64,000 nucleotides of DNA. Origin: Acidobacteriota bacterium (GTDB lineage Bacteria; Acidobacteriota; Blastocatellia; Pyrinomonadales; Pyrinomonadaceae). Each line of letters begins with the position of its first letter. The first letter of the stretch is position 1. The notes below the pieces were generated by a model. It made no database searches. It saw nothing but the letters and a program-made list of their open reading frames with translations, and had not been told where the DNA came from. A program made the position numbers and the translations under genes. The stretch covers positions 2,932 through 66,931 of the forward strand of contig JAFAZX010000093.1 in NCBI GenBank assembly GCA_019239425.1, given 5' to 3'. Shown here piece by piece: positions 7,519 through 19,051 of the stretch.

Positions 7519-8697
7519 ATGAGAGCGAACTGTTGGCACGGCAAGCAAGACGTGCGGGTCGAGCAGGTGCCCGACCCGAAGATTCTCAACAAGCGTGACG
7601 CGATAGTTAAGATCACCTCGACGGCCATCTGCGGCTCAGACCTGCACCTCTACAACGCCTTCATCCCGACGATGAAGGCGGGCGACGTGCTGGGCCACGA
7701 GTTCATGGGCGAGATCGTCGAGGTCGGCCCCGAGGTGCATGACCGGAAGGTCGGCGACCGCGTGGTCGTCTCCTTCCCCATCTCGTGCGGCAAGTGCTTC
7801 TTCTGCGAGCAGGAGCTGTTCTCGCTCTGCGAGAACACCAACCCCAACGCGTGGATGGCCGAGAAGATGTTCGGCCACAGCCCCTGCGGCATCTACGGCT
7901 ACTCGCACCTGACGGGCGGCTACGCCGGCGGGCAGGCCGAGTACGCGCGCGTGCCCTTCGCCGACGTGGGCACGCTCAAGGTGCCCGAAGAGCTTGACGA
8001 CGAGCAGGTGCTCTTCCTCTCCGACATCTTCCCGACCGGCTACATGGGCGCGGAGATGTGCAACATCAAGCCGGGCGACACCGTGGCGGTGTGGGGCTGC
8101 GGCCCCGTGGGCCAGTTCGCGATGGCGAGCGCGTACCTTTTGGGCGCCGAGCGCGTCATCGGCATCGACCGCTTCCCCGAGCGCCTGAAGATGGCGCGCG
8201 AGGGCGCGAAGGCCGACACCATCAACTACGAGCAGGCGAACGTCTACGAGACCTTGATGGAGATGACGGGCGGGCGCGGCCCCGACGGCTGCATCGACGC
8301 CGTCGGGCTTGAGGCGCACGGCACGGGCGCGCACGGCTTCGAGTACATGTACGACCGCGCGAAGCAGGCTCTGATGATGGAGACCGACCGGCCGATTGCC
8401 TTGCGCGAGGCGATCATGGCCTGCCGGAACGGCGGGACGGTCTCGGTCATCGGCGTCTACGGCGGCTTCATCGACAAGTTCCCGATGGGGTCGTTCATGA
8501 ACCGCAGCCTAACGATGAAGACCGGCCAGTGCCACGTCCAGAGCTACTGGAAGAAGCTGCTCGGCCACATCCAGGCGGGCGAGATCGACCCGTCGTTCGT
8601 CATCACGCACCGCATGAAGCTCGACGACGCGGCGCACGGCTTCGACATCTTCTGCAACAAGGAGGACGACTGCATCAAGGTCGTGCTCAAGCCGTAA
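7519..8697 (+). CDS. Zinc-dependent alcohol/formaldehyde dehydrogenase family (MDR superfamily)
   Basis: [14 protein letters not shown] and [12 protein letters not shown] are zinc-ADH motifs. ATG at 7519 follows AAGGGGGA. Confidence 0.85.
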   Translation: MRANCWHGKQDVRVEQVPDPKILNKRDAIVKITSTAICGSDLHLYNAFIPTMKAGDVLGHEFMGEIVEVGPEVHDRKVGDRVVVSFPISCGKCFFCEQELFSLCENTNPNAWMAEKMFGHSPCGIYGYSHLTGGYAGGQAEYARVPFADVGTLKVPEELDDEQVLFLSDIFPTGYMGAEMCNIKPGDTVAVWGCGPVGQFAMASAYLLGAERVIGIDRFPERLKMAREGAKADTINYEQANVYETLMEMTGGRGPDGCIDAVGLEAHGTGAHGFEYMYDRAKQALMMETDRPIALREAIMACRNGGTVSVIGVYGGFIDKFPMGSFMNRSLTMKTGQCHVQSYWKKLLGHIQAGEIDPSFVITHRMKLDDAAHGFDIFCNKEDDCIKVVLKP

Positions 8698-8701
8698 GGG
8701 A

Positions 8702-8780
8702 GGGTGCTGGGTTTTAGGTTTTGGGTGCTGGGTAAGAACTTGCTTTTACCCAGCACCCAGTACCCAACACCCGACACCCA
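8702..8780. repeat. Heptamer-periodic hairpin element, GGGTGCT family
   Basis: gggtgctgggttttaggttttgggtgctgggtaa ... ttacccagcacccagtacccaacacccgacaccc. It begins 5 nt after the ADH stop codon. Confidence 0.85.
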
Positions 8781-8850
8781 TTTGACGCCTTCCGCTCCGC
8801 CTCATTTATACTGACGACGCTCTTCCTTCTTCCGGGCCGTCGTCACCCTT

Positions 8851-9990
8851 ATGACCTTCAACAAAGTCCTGATCCTCTCCGCCTCCGCCGGCGCGGGGCA
8901 CATGCGCGCGGCCGACGCCGTCGAGCGCGCCTTCAGGCTCACCGGGGCCGCCAGAGAGGTTAAGCACTTCGACACTCTGCAATACACCAACAAGCTCTTC
9001 CGGCACCTCTACTCCAAGGCTTACATCGACCTCGTCAACAAGTCGCCGGAGCTGCTCGGCTGGTTCTACGACCACCTCGACAAGCCCTGGAAGAACGAGC
9101 GCCGCCGCCTCGCCCTCGACAAGCTCAACACGCGGCCGTTCGTGAAGATGCTCCGGGAGTACGAGCCAGACATCACCGTCTGCACGCACTTCCTCCCCGC
9201 CGAGATAATCTCCTGGCTCAAGGCGAAGCAGCGCGTCAAATTCAGGCAGGCCATCGTCGTCACGGACTTCGACGTGCACGCCATGTGGCTCTGCCACCAC
9301 TACGAGCAATACTTCGTGGCGCTCGAAGAGACGCGCGAGCACCTCGTGCGGCTCGGCATCCCCGCCGCGAAGGTTTCGACCTCCGGCATCCCCATCGACC
9401 CCGTCTTCGCCGAGACCAAGGACAAGGCCGAGATGCGCGCCAGGCACGGACTCAGGCCGGACGTGACGACCATCCTCGTCTCGGCGGGGGGGTTCGGCGT
9501 CGGCCCCGTCGAGCACATACTGGAATCCCTGGCGGCGATGAAGCACCCGGCGCAGGTCGTCGCCCTCTGCGGGCGCAACGCCGAGCTGAAGTCGAGGCTC
9601 GAGTCCGCGAGTAAGCGCCTGCCGCCCTCACACCACGTCACCATCCACCCCATCGGCTTCACGACCGAGATGGACGAGTACATGAGCGCCGCCGACATCC
9701 TTCTGGGTAAGCCCGGGGGCTTAACGACCTCGGAGGCGCTGGCGAAGGGCCTGGTCTTTGTCGTCGTCAACCCCATCCCCGGACAGGAGGAGCGCAACTC
9801 TGACCACCTGCTGGAGAACGGCGTCGCCATCCGCTGCAACAACCTGCCCGTGCTCGCCTACAAACTCGACCGGCTCCTCGACGACCCCGCCCGCTTCGCC
9901 TCCATGCAAAAGGGCGCGCGGCGCCTGGCCCGTCCAGACGCCGCGCGCGACATCGTAGAGAAATTGTTGGAGCTACAGGAAGAGTCCTGA
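8851..9990 (+). CDS. MGDG-synthase/UgtP-like diacylglycerol glycosyltransferase (GT28-like)
   Basis: N-terminus KVLILSASAGAGHMRAADAV resembles B. subtilis UgtP (RVLILTANYGNGHVQVA). C-terminal glycosyltransferase motif GKPGGLTTSEALAKGLV. Confidence 0.8.
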   Translation: MTFNKVLILSASAGAGHMRAADAVERAFRLTGAAREVKHFDTLQYTNKLFRHLYSKAYIDLVNKSPELLGWFYDHLDKPWKNERRRLALDKLNTRPFVKMLREYEPDITVCTHFLPAEIISWLKAKQRVKFRQAIVVTDFDVHAMWLCHHYEQYFVALEETREHLVRLGIPAAKVSTSGIPIDPVFAETKDKAEMRARHGLRPDVTTILVSAGGFGVGPVEHILESLAAMKHPAQVVALCGRNAELKSRLESASKRLPPSHHVTIHPIGFTTEMDEYMSAADILLGKPGGLTTSEALAKGLVFVVVNPIPGQEERNSDHLLENGVAIRCNNLPVLAYKLDRLLDDPARFASMQKGARRLARPDAARDIVEKLLELQEES

Positions 9991-10000
9991 GGCGCGCCCG

Positions 10001-12622
<2,622 letters not shown>

Positions 12623-12790
12623 CGGGAGTAGGGTCTGTGGAAAACTGACTTGAGCTAGACAGGCAAAGGGCGCGTCCCTTCCCGGCCCGCGGCACTTCGT
12701 CGCGGGAGCGCGGGGGGCGCGCCGCCGGTCTTTATACTACAAGCCGCGGGGCGCGACAACAATCATGTTGACGCGCCCCGTTTTGGAAGA

Positions 12791-12915
12791 AAGTAGGCAG
12801 TAGGCGTTAAGAAGGTTTTGGGTGCTGGGTGCTGGGTGCTGGGTATGACTATTAGCTCTTCCCCAACACCTAACACCCAGCACCCAACACCCTCTGCACT
12901 GCCTACTGCCTACTT
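12791..12915. repeat. Nested composite hairpin: GTAGGCA-family outer arms around GGGTGCT-family inner arms
   Basis: Outer arms aagtaggcagtaggcg (12791-12806) and ctgcctactgcctactt (12899-12915). Inner arms ggttttgggtgctgggtgctgggtgctgggta (12814-12845) and ccccaacacctaacacccagcacccaacaccc (12861-12892). It ends 3 nt from the rplI stop. Confidence 0.85.
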
Positions 12916-12917
12916 TT

Positions 12918-13475
12918 TTAAGCCTCGGTCGTTTCCGTCGAAGCGTCGTTCGGGCCGTCGCCGCCGGCGCGCGTTTCGGGCGCGTCGGCCGGAGCCGGGG
13001 CGGCGCCGGCGGTCTGTGCGCCGCCTTCGCCGGTGACGGTGACGGGGATGTCGACGTTCACCTCGCGGTGGAGGCGCACCGAAACGGTGTACTCGCCCGT
13101 CTCCTTGATCGGCTCGGCGAGGTGGACGCGGCGGCGGTCAATCTCGTAGCCCTTCTCCTTCAAGGCGTCGGCGATGTGCATCGCCGTCACCGAACCGTAG
13201 AGCAGGCCGTGCTCGCCGACCTTACGCTCGAAGTTCAGACGCAGGCCGCCCATCTGCCCGGCCTGTGCCTCGGCCCCGGCGCGCTCCGTCGCCTCCTTCT
13301 TCAAGAGCGCGGCGCGCTCGGCCTCGATCTGCTTGACGTTGCCGGGCGTGGCTTCCACCGCGAGCTTGCGCGGCAGCAGGAAGTTGCGCGCGTAGCCGGC
13401 CTTCACCTTGACGATCTCGCCGCGTGCGCCGAGGTTGTCCACGTCCTCGCGGAGCAGTACGTTAGTCGTTGCCAT
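12918..13475 (-). CDS. rplI: 50S ribosomal protein L9 (with acidic C-terminal extension)
   Basis: NVLLREDVDNLGARGEIVKVKAGYARNFLLPRKLA is the L9 N-terminal signature. Confidence 0.95.
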   Translation of the reverse strand: MATTNVLLREDVDNLGARGEIVKVKAGYARNFLLPRKLAVEATPGNVKQIEAERAALLKKEATERAGAEAQAGQMGGLRLNFERKVGEHGLLYGSVTAMHIADALKEKGYEIDRRRVHLAEPIKETGEYTVSVRLHREVNVDIPVTVTGEGGAQTAGAAPAPADAPETRAGGDGPNDASTETTEA

Positions 13476-13493
13476 CTTCCAGTCAACCTCCCT

Positions 13494-13808
13494 TTAGTCC
13501 GCGGTGTAAGGCAGCAGCGCGATGTTGCGCGCGCGCTTGATGGCCTCGGTCAGCATGCGCTGGTGCGCGGTGCAGACGCCCGAGATGCGGCGCGGCAGAA
13601 TCTTGCCGCGCTCGGGGATGAAGTTCTGCAGGAGCTTCACGTCCTTGAAGTCGATGATATCGACCTTGTCCACGCAGAAGCGGCAGACCTTGCGGCGGCG
13701 CATCCGCCCGCGACCGCCGCCGCGACCGCCGCCGCCCTGCGGCCGCCGTTCCTGCGGCCCCTCGTCCTCGCCGTCGAAATCGCGCTCTCTCTCAATGTTT
13801 CTCGACAT
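13494..13808 (-). CDS. rpsR: 30S ribosomal protein S18
   Basis: [60 protein letters not shown]. Confidence 0.95.
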   Translation of the reverse strand: MSRNIERERDFDGEDEGPQERRPQGGGGRGGGRGRMRRRKVCRFCVDKVDIIDFKDVKLLQNFIPERGKILPRRISGVCTAHQRMLTEAIKRARNIALLPYTAD

Positions 13809-13936
13809 CTCTTCTCTTCTCTCTTTTCAAACGCGGGGCTGGCCGCGCGGCTCGCCTCCCTTCCGGAGAGGGCGCGCTGAGCCTTAGACCCGCCGACCCT
13901 TAAGTTAAAGGTGACACGCGCGGGGCCAAGAAGCCC

Positions 13937-14365
13937 CTACGCCTCGCCCCCTTCGCCGCGAGACGGGGCGGACGAGCCGCCGCCGCCGGCCGCCGCCGCG
14001 AACCCGGGGCGCTTGGAGGCCTTGCGCTGGCGGCGCGCCCTGAGCTTCTCGGCGCGCTGGCGGTCTTCGTCCACGCGCACGGTCATGTAGCGCATGATGG
14101 CGTCGTTGACGCGCATGCGGCGCTCAAGCTCGGAGATCTCCGAGCCCGTGCCCTCGACTTCGAAGAGGACGTAGACGCCCTCGTTCTTGCGGCCGATGCG
14201 GTAGGCGAGCTGGCGGCGGCCCAGGACTTCGTTGCGCGTGACCGTGCCGCCCTGGTCGGTGATGACGGTGCTGAGGTTCTGCGTCAGCTTCGTCATCTCG
14301 TCTTCCTGCGTGTCGGGGTCGACGATGAAGACGACCTCGTAAACTCTCTTCTCTGCCAAAATCAT
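13937..14365 (-). CDS. rpsF: 30S ribosomal protein S6
   Basis: YEVVFIVDPD...RRQLAYRIGRKNEGVYVLFEVEG, in conserved position upstream of rpsR-rplI. Confidence 0.9.
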   Translation of the reverse strand: MILAEKRVYEVVFIVDPDTQEDEMTKLTQNLSTVITDQGGTVTRNEVLGRRQLAYRIGRKNEGVYVLFEVEGTGSEISELERRMRVNDAIMRYMTVRVDEDRQRAEKLRARRQRKASKRPGFAAAAGGGGSSAPSRGEGGEA

Positions 14366-14420
14366 CCTCCTTATGGATGTCTAGCCTCCGCCGTGTCGGC
14401 AGAAGCAAGAAGGAAAGGTC

Positions 14421-14495
14421 TGGTGAATGGTGAATCGTAAATAGTAAATGGGTTTATCTGCTGACCATTCACTGTTCACTATTCACCATTCACTA
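14421..14495. repeat. Heptamer-periodic hairpin element, GGTGAAT/GGTAAAT family
   Basis: tggtgaatggtgaatcgtaaatagtaaatgg / ccattcactgttcactattcaccattcacta. 26 of 31 positions are Watson-Crick. The pth stop TAG (14493-14495) lies inside the right arm. Confidence 0.85.
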
Positions 14496-15056
14496 ACCGT
14501 TGAACTGCGACATTGCCTTTTCAATGCCGTCGCGGATGACGGCGCGGAGCGCTTCGGCGCACCGCTCCAGAATCTTCTCGACCTCTGCGCGCTGCCCCTT
14601 GGGGAAGCGTTCGAGGACGAAGCCGGCCGTGTCGCCCACGGGGTGCTCCGGCTTGATGCCGACCCTCAGGCGCGGGAATGCGTCCGTGCCGAGCGCCGAG
14701 ATGATGTTCTTCAGGCCCTTCTGCCCGCCGCTCGAGCCCGTGGGCCGGATGCGGATGGAGCCGAAGGGGAGCGCGATGTCGTCGCTGACGACGAGGAGGT
14801 CGCCCGCGGGCTTCAGGTCGGTGCGCTTGCGCAGGAGGCACGCGACCGACTCGCCGCTCAGGTTCATGTAGGTCTGCGGCTTGACCAGCTCGACCGCGCG
14901 GCCCTCAAGCTCCGCCCGCCCGACCAGCGCGCGACACTCCGCACGCTTCACCTGCGCGCCCGCCTGCCGCGCCACCAAGTCCACGACCATGAAGCCAAGG
15001 TTGTGGCGCGTCCACTCGTAGCGCTCGCCCGGATTGCCCAGACCGACGATGAGCAT
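14493..15056 (-). CDS. pth: Peptidyl-tRNA hydrolase
   Basis: MLIVGLGNPGERYEWTRHNLGFMVVD is the canonical Pth N-terminus. Confidence 0.95.
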   Translation of the reverse strand: MLIVGLGNPGERYEWTRHNLGFMVVDLVARQAGAQVKRAECRALVGRAELEGRAVELVKPQTYMNLSGESVACLLRKRTDLKPAGDLLVVSDDIALPFGSIRIRPTGSSGGQKGLKNIISALGTDAFPRLRVGIKPEHPVGDTAGFVLERFPKGQRAEVEKILERCAEALRAVIRDGIEKAMSQFNG

Positions 15057-15061
15057 GACGT

Positions 15062-15156
15062 GATTTTAGAATTTTTGATTGCTGATTTTTGATTTGAAGA
15101 GTGACTGCCGATGCCGGCGGCTCAAATCGCAAATCAAAAATCTAAAATCAAAAATC
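15062..15156. repeat. Heptamer-periodic hairpin element, AT-rich GATTTTn family
   Basis: gattttagaatttttgattgctgatttttgatttgaag / ctcaaatcgcaaatcaaaaatctaaaatcaaaaatc. It fills the whole rplY-pth spacer. Confidence 0.85.
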
Positions 15157-15810
15157 CTACTCCTCGTCGTCCTTCTTGCCCTTGCCGATGACTTCGGGCT
15201 CGGAGACCTCGCCCTCGGGCGTGCGCTCCTCGACCTGCTCCTCGCGGACGACGGCCACGGTGGCGACCGAAGTCTCGGCGTCGGTCAGGACGGTGACGCC
15301 CTCGGGCACCTGCAGGTCGGAGACGTGCAAGACCTCGTGGACGCCGAGGTTGGTCACGTCGGCGTGGATGGCGTCGGGGATGACGCCCGGGCGGCAGCGA
15401 ATCTCGACCTCGCGCAGGAGCTGTTCGAGGATGCCGCCTTCGTCCCGCACGCCCGCCGGCTCGCCGTCGAGCTCGATGCGCACCGTGACCTCGACCTCCT
15501 GCCCCTTCACGAGGCGGCGCAGGTCTGCGTGGATGAGCCGGCCTTTGACGGGGTCGATCTGCCGGTCGAGGAAGAGCACCTCGCTCGCGCCGGCGCCCTC
15601 CACGTCGAGCGTGAAGATCGTGTTGTGGCCCGTCTCCGAGCGCAGGATGGCCGCCAGCTCGCGCAGGGGCGCGGCGGCCGACACCGGCTCGCCCTCGCCG
15701 CCGTAGATCGTGAGCGGCACCAAGCCGCGCGCGCGCAGGCGGCGCGCGTCGTTCTTGCCGCGTCCAGCGCGCATCTCGGCGCGCACCGTGATTGATTCTC
15801 TCTCTGCCAT
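15157..15810 (-). CDS. rplY: 50S ribosomal protein L25 / general stress protein Ctc
   Basis: RAGRGKNDARRLRARGLVPLTIYGG... Ctc-type length with an acidic tail. Sits in the prs-ctc-pth synteny. Confidence 0.9.
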   Translation of the reverse strand: MAERESITVRAEMRAGRGKNDARRLRARGLVPLTIYGGEGEPVSAAAPLRELAAILRSETGHNTIFTLDVEGAGASEVLFLDRQIDPVKGRLIHADLRRLVKGQEVEVTVRIELDGEPAGVRDEGGILEQLLREVEIRCRPGVIPDAIHADVTNLGVHEVLHVSDLQVPEGVTVLTDAETSVATVAVVREEQVEERTPEGEVSEPEVIGKGKKDDEE

Positions 15811-15825
15811 GATGACTCCTTAAAA

Positions 15826-15900
15826 GCCGTGAACAGTAAACCGTGACAGGCGACGAGTGAAAGCTTGAGTCCTGTCACCTGTCACGGTTGACCCGTCACG
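15826..15900. repeat. Heptamer-periodic hairpin element, CCGTGAn family
   Basis: gccgtgaacagtaaaccgtgacagg / cctgtcacctgtcacggttgacccgtcacg, between prs and rplY. Confidence 0.8.
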
Positions 15901-15920
15901 TAAAGTGTTTGCCCTTCGCC

Positions 15921-16886
15921 TCACACGAAGAGCGAGGAGACGCTCGTCTCCTCGTGGATCGACTTAATCGCTCTCGCCAGCAGCGGAGCGATGCTCAAAA
16001 CGTTGATCTTCTCCTCGCGGCACGCCGAGTCGCGGAGCGGGATCGTGTTCGTCGTCACGACGCGCTCGATCTCCGACTCGGCCAGCCGCTGACACGCCTC
16101 CCCCGAAAGCACGGGGTGCGTGAAGCAGGTCTGGATGCGGTCGGCCCCGGCCTGCCTGAGCGCCGCCGCGACCTTCGTCAGGGAGCCGCCCGTGTCGCAC
16201 ATGTCGTCGACGATGAGGCAGCTCCGGCCCTTCACGTCGCCGACCACGTTCATCACCTCGGCCACGTTCGCCTTCTCGCGCCGCTTGTCGCAGAGCGCGA
16301 GCGTCGCGGGGCTGCCGTCCTCGGACGTGAGCCGCTTGGCGTAGGCGCGCGCGCGCTCGGCCCCGCCCGTGTCGGGCGCGACCACCGTCAGGTTCGGCAG
16401 CTTGTGATCCGTGTAATGGCCGATGAAGGCCGGCGCCGCGAACAGGTGGTCGACCGGGATGTCAAAGAAGCCCTGAATCTGCGCCGCGTGCAAGTCCATC
16501 GTCAGGACGCGGTCGGCGCCGGCCGTGTTGATGAGGTTCGCCACCAGCTTGGCCGCAATCGCCACCCGCGGCCTGTCCTTCTTGTCCGAGCGCGCGTAGC
16601 CGAAGTAGGGGATGACCGCCGTCACGCGCTCGGCCGACGAGCGGCGGAAGGCGTCGAGCATGACGAGCAGCTCCATCAGGTGCGCGTCCGTCGGAGGGCA
16701 CGTCGGCTGCACGATGAAGACATCCGCGCCGCGCACGTTCTCGGTGATCTGGAAGTTGAACTCCCCGTCCGAGAACCTGTCGGTCGTCGCCTGACCGGGG
16801 TCACAGCACAGGTCGTTGCAAATCTCCTGCGTCAGCGCCCGATTCGCGTTCCCCGAGAAGACTTTGATGCCGCCGGTTGTGCTCAT
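15921..16886 (-). CDS. prs: Ribose-phosphate pyrophosphokinase
   Basis: IKVFSGNANRALTQEI...DLHAAQIQGFFDIPVDHL...LIVDDMCDTGGSL are PRPP synthetase motifs. Confidence 0.95.
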   Translation of the reverse strand: MSTTGGIKVFSGNANRALTQEICNDLCCDPGQATTDRFSDGEFNFQITENVRGADVFIVQPTCPPTDAHLMELLVMLDAFRRSSAERVTAVIPYFGYARSDKKDRPRVAIAAKLVANLINTAGADRVLTMDLHAAQIQGFFDIPVDHLFAAPAFIGHYTDHKLPNLTVVAPDTGGAERARAYAKRLTSEDGSPATLALCDKRREKANVAEVMNVVGDVKGRSCLIVDDMCDTGGSLTKVAAALRQAGADRIQTCFTHPVLSGEACQRLAESEIERVVTTNTIPLRDSACREEKINVLSIAPLLARAIKSIHEETSVSSLFV

Positions 16887-16893
16887 CGTTTTT

Positions 16894-16980
16894 GTGAGTG
16901 ATAAGTGATGAGTGATAAGTGATGAGAGAAGGCAAAGCCCTCCTCTCCCCTCTCATCACTTATCACTCATCACTTATCAC
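16894..16980. repeat. Heptamer-periodic hairpin element, GTGATAA/GTGATGA family
   Basis: gtgagtgataagtgatgagtgataagtgatgagag / ctctcatcacttatcactcatcacttatcac. It lies 5 nt from the tRNA-Gln 3-prime end and 7 nt from the prs ATG. Confidence 0.85.
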
Positions 16981-16985
16981 AGTTA

Positions 16986-17057
16986 CTGGGGAGGTAGGAC
17001 TCGAACCTACGAATGCCGGTTCCAAAGACCGGTGCCTTACCACTTGGCGACTCCCCA
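16986..17057 (-). tRNA. tRNA-Gln (anticodon UUG)
   Basis: The reverse complement TGGGGAGTCGCCAAGTGGTAAGGCACCGGTCTTTGGAACCGGCATTCGTAGGTTCGAGTCCTACCTCCCCAG folds as a cloverleaf. Anticodon loop is CTTTGGA. It is nearly collinear with E. coli tRNA-Gln(UUG). CCA is not encoded. Confidence 0.9.
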
Positions 17058-17066
17058 ATCCCGGTT

Positions 17067-17999
17067 TCAAGCCCCGCCGCCCGGCAGGAGAACCGCCGCG
17101 ACGCGGCCGAGCGCCGCGAGGTACTCGGCGCGCGTCAGCGTCTCGCACGCGAAGACCCGCCAGCCCGCTTCGGCTCTGACAGTCTCACGCGCGCGCCCCG
17201 CCTCCCCCTCGCTTTCAAAGAGTCCGAAGACGCTTGAGCCGCTGCCCGAGAGCATGACCCGCTTTGCGCCCGCCTCGACCAGCCTTTCGCGCGCGCGGCC
17301 GATTTCGGGATAGAGCCGCACCACGACGGCCTCGAAATCGTTCGACCACACACCACAGAGTGAATCGTGGAAATCGGCCTCCGTGCGCGAAACAGAAAGG
17401 TTAACCAGCGCTTCCACCTTTGTCAAGGCGGGAGCGCCGAGCGCATTGTACGCCTCCGCGGTCGAGACCTGCACGCCCGGCGCGACGACGACGAGGTGCA
17501 TTTTCGGCGCGTCTTCGAGAGGCCGAATCTCAGTCCCCGTCCCCGTCCCCAACGCCGTCCCGCCGGTCAGAAAGAACGGCACGTCCGCGCCCAGGCGCGC
17601 GCCGATTTCCGACAGCTCGCCCGCGTTCGTCTCTATCTCCCAAAGGGCCGCGAGCGCGGCCAGCGCGACCGCCGCGTCCGCCGAGCCGCCGCCCAGGCCC
17701 CCGCCCGCCGGGATCACCTTCTCCAACTCGACGCGCGCCCCCCGCCTCAAGCCGAAGCGTTCGCGCAGGGCCGCGGCCGCGCGCAGGACGAGGTTCGAAT
17801 CGTCCGTCGGGATCGAAGAATCTGAACAGACGAGTTCCAGCTTTTCGCCGGTCGTGTTTTGAAAAGAGAGCGTGTCGCGGAGGGAGACGGTCTGGAAGAC
17901 CGTGCTGATTTCGTGGTAGCCGTCGGGGCGCCGGCCGTGGACGCGCAGGCCGAGGTTGATCTTGGCGAAGGCCGGGACTTTTATCTTCTCTGCTGACAC
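17067..17999 (-). CDS. ispE: 4-diphosphocytidyl-2-C-methyl-D-erythritol kinase
   Basis: PAFAKINLGLRVHGRRPDGYHEI...KVIPAGGGLGGGSADAA is the GHMP-kinase IspE pattern. Confidence 0.9.
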   Translation of the reverse strand: MSAEKIKVPAFAKINLGLRVHGRRPDGYHEISTVFQTVSLRDTLSFQNTTGEKLELVCSDSSIPTDDSNLVLRAAAALRERFGLRRGARVELEKVIPAGGGLGGGSADAAVALAALAALWEIETNAGELSEIGARLGADVPFFLTGGTALGTGTGTEIRPLEDAPKMHLVVVAPGVQVSTAEAYNALGAPALTKVEALVNLSVSRTEADFHDSLCGVWSNDFEAVVVRLYPEIGRARERLVEAGAKRVMLSGSGSSVFGLFESEGEAGRARETVRAEAGWRVFACETLTRAEYLAALGRVAAVLLPGGGA

Positions 18000-18077
18000 T
18001 GAGAGCGGCCGGCGCCTCCCTTTTATGAGTTGCGCCGGCCGCCCCGGAGCCGAAAAGATTTGTCGCGACCCGCGGCG

Positions 18078-18749
18078 CTAACGCCTCATGAAAACCTGCG
18101 TGAAGTAGTACGTCCCGTCCGCGGCCCGCGCGATGCCGACGCCCGCGTGCGTGTACTCCGGGCTCAAAGCGTTCTCGCGGTGCTTGTCGGAGACCATCCA
18201 GCGCTCGACGGCGAACCCGGTCGGGTCGTCGTAGCCCTGATTATACGCGATGTTCTCGCCGAGAGTACTCCAGCCGCGCAGCCCGAGCGCCTGCGCGCGC
18301 CCCTTCAGGTCGAGCCCGTTCCGGTCGACGTGGCTCAGGTAGCCTCCCTGCGCCATGTTCTGCGAATGGTAGCGCGCGAGCCGAACCAGGTTGCCGTCCC
18401 AAGCCAGAGCGCTCAAGCCCCGGCGCTGCCGCTCGCGGTTAATCAACTCGAAAGCGCGACGCTCGTCGCCCGTCGCACCGGCCGCGGCGGCCGAGACGGG
18501 GGCCGCGGCGTAAGAACGCGTTTCCGCCGACGGCGCGGGGGCGTAGACCCTTGTGGCCTGACGCGGACGCTCCGGCGCGGGCGTACCCGAATAGACCGTC
18601 CCGACCAGACGGGCCACGGGGCGCTCGCCCGAACGCCCGGACTCCTTCGGCGCGCCGTTGCCGCCGTTGCGCGCAAAGGCCGCCGGCGCCGTTAAAATTA
18701 AAGAAAATAGCAGTAGGAACGCGCTACGGGGAACCCGCCCTGAAATCAT
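18078..18749 (-). CDS. Secreted CAP/SCP (YkwD-like) domain protein
   Basis: Signal peptide, then ELINRERQRRGLSALAWDGNLVRLARYHSQNMA...GENIAYN...HRENALSPEYTHAGVG, which looks like a CAP domain. Confidence 0.75.
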   Translation of the reverse strand: MISGRVPRSAFLLLFSLILTAPAAFARNGGNGAPKESGRSGERPVARLVGTVYSGTPAPERPRQATRVYAPAPSAETRSYAAAPVSAAAAGATGDERRAFELINRERQRRGLSALAWDGNLVRLARYHSQNMAQGGYLSHVDRNGLDLKGRAQALGLRGWSTLGENIAYNQGYDDPTGFAVERWMVSDKHRENALSPEYTHAGVGIARAADGTYYFTQVFMRR

Positions 18750-18834
18750 TGGGGGAACTCCTTAAATTTCAAACCCTTGACCGGAGGAGGCCGACAATGT
18801 TGACCAGACTGGGCAAGTGGTCAACCCGTTGGCA

Positions 18835-18863
18835 ATGTTAAAACAACGTTTGGCCGTAGTCAA
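18835..18863 (-). promoter_or_regulatory. Sigma-70-like promoter candidate for the CAP-domain gene
   Basis: The minus strand reads TTGACT, a 17-nt spacer, then TAACAT, in a low-GC 300-nt spacer. A second TTGACC-17-AACATT copy follows. Confidence 0.35.
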
Positions 18864-19051
18864 TCCTTAAAAATTTGTAACAGAATCGACACAGACCATA
18901 TACACGACAACCTAGCTGAAATTAAAGACTTAGCTCGTTTAAGACGGAATTCTGCGACTTAAAGGAGAGAGACGCGCTTCAGACGTTCGAAGGGGTACGA
19001 CCGCCTGTCGGCGGGCACACTTTAGCCTCTAAATGCGAGAGAAATCAACCT

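Noticed and set aside
12747-12784. A plus-strand terminator-like hairpin (cggggcgcg, 16-nt loop, cgcgccccg, then TTTT) in the rplI-dnaB spacer. It could imply a plus-strand small RNA.
   Set aside because: No plus-strand promoter or gene is evident upstream. The loop is long for an intrinsic terminator. The stem also overlaps a plausible minus-strand dnaB promoter (TTGTCG-17-TATAAA). The evidence is too thin to call a feature.
14421-14495. I tested whether arm mismatches become G-U wobbles on only one strand, which would reveal the strand on which the hairpin functions as RNA.
   Set aside because: The five non-Watson-Crick positions were mixed: two A-C, two G-U and one C-U as read on the plus strand. 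Neither strand is favoured, so I drew no inference.
16894-17999. tRNA-Gln as an integration hotspot (prophage or genomic island).
   Set aside because: Both flanks are conserved housekeeping genes (ispE, prs) in the usual ispE-tRNA-prs-ctc-pth synteny. There is no integrase and no direct repeat of the tRNA 3-prime end. The adjacent repeat is a hairpin element like those elsewhere in the window.
18750-19051. A 300-nt low-GC non-coding gap, considered as a possible ncRNA gene.
   Set aside because: I could not recognise any known RNA family or a convincing conserved structure by eye. The region contains promoter-like TTGAC-17-AACAT elements for the CAP-domain gene. A covariance-model scan (Rfam/Infernal) would be needed to call anything more.
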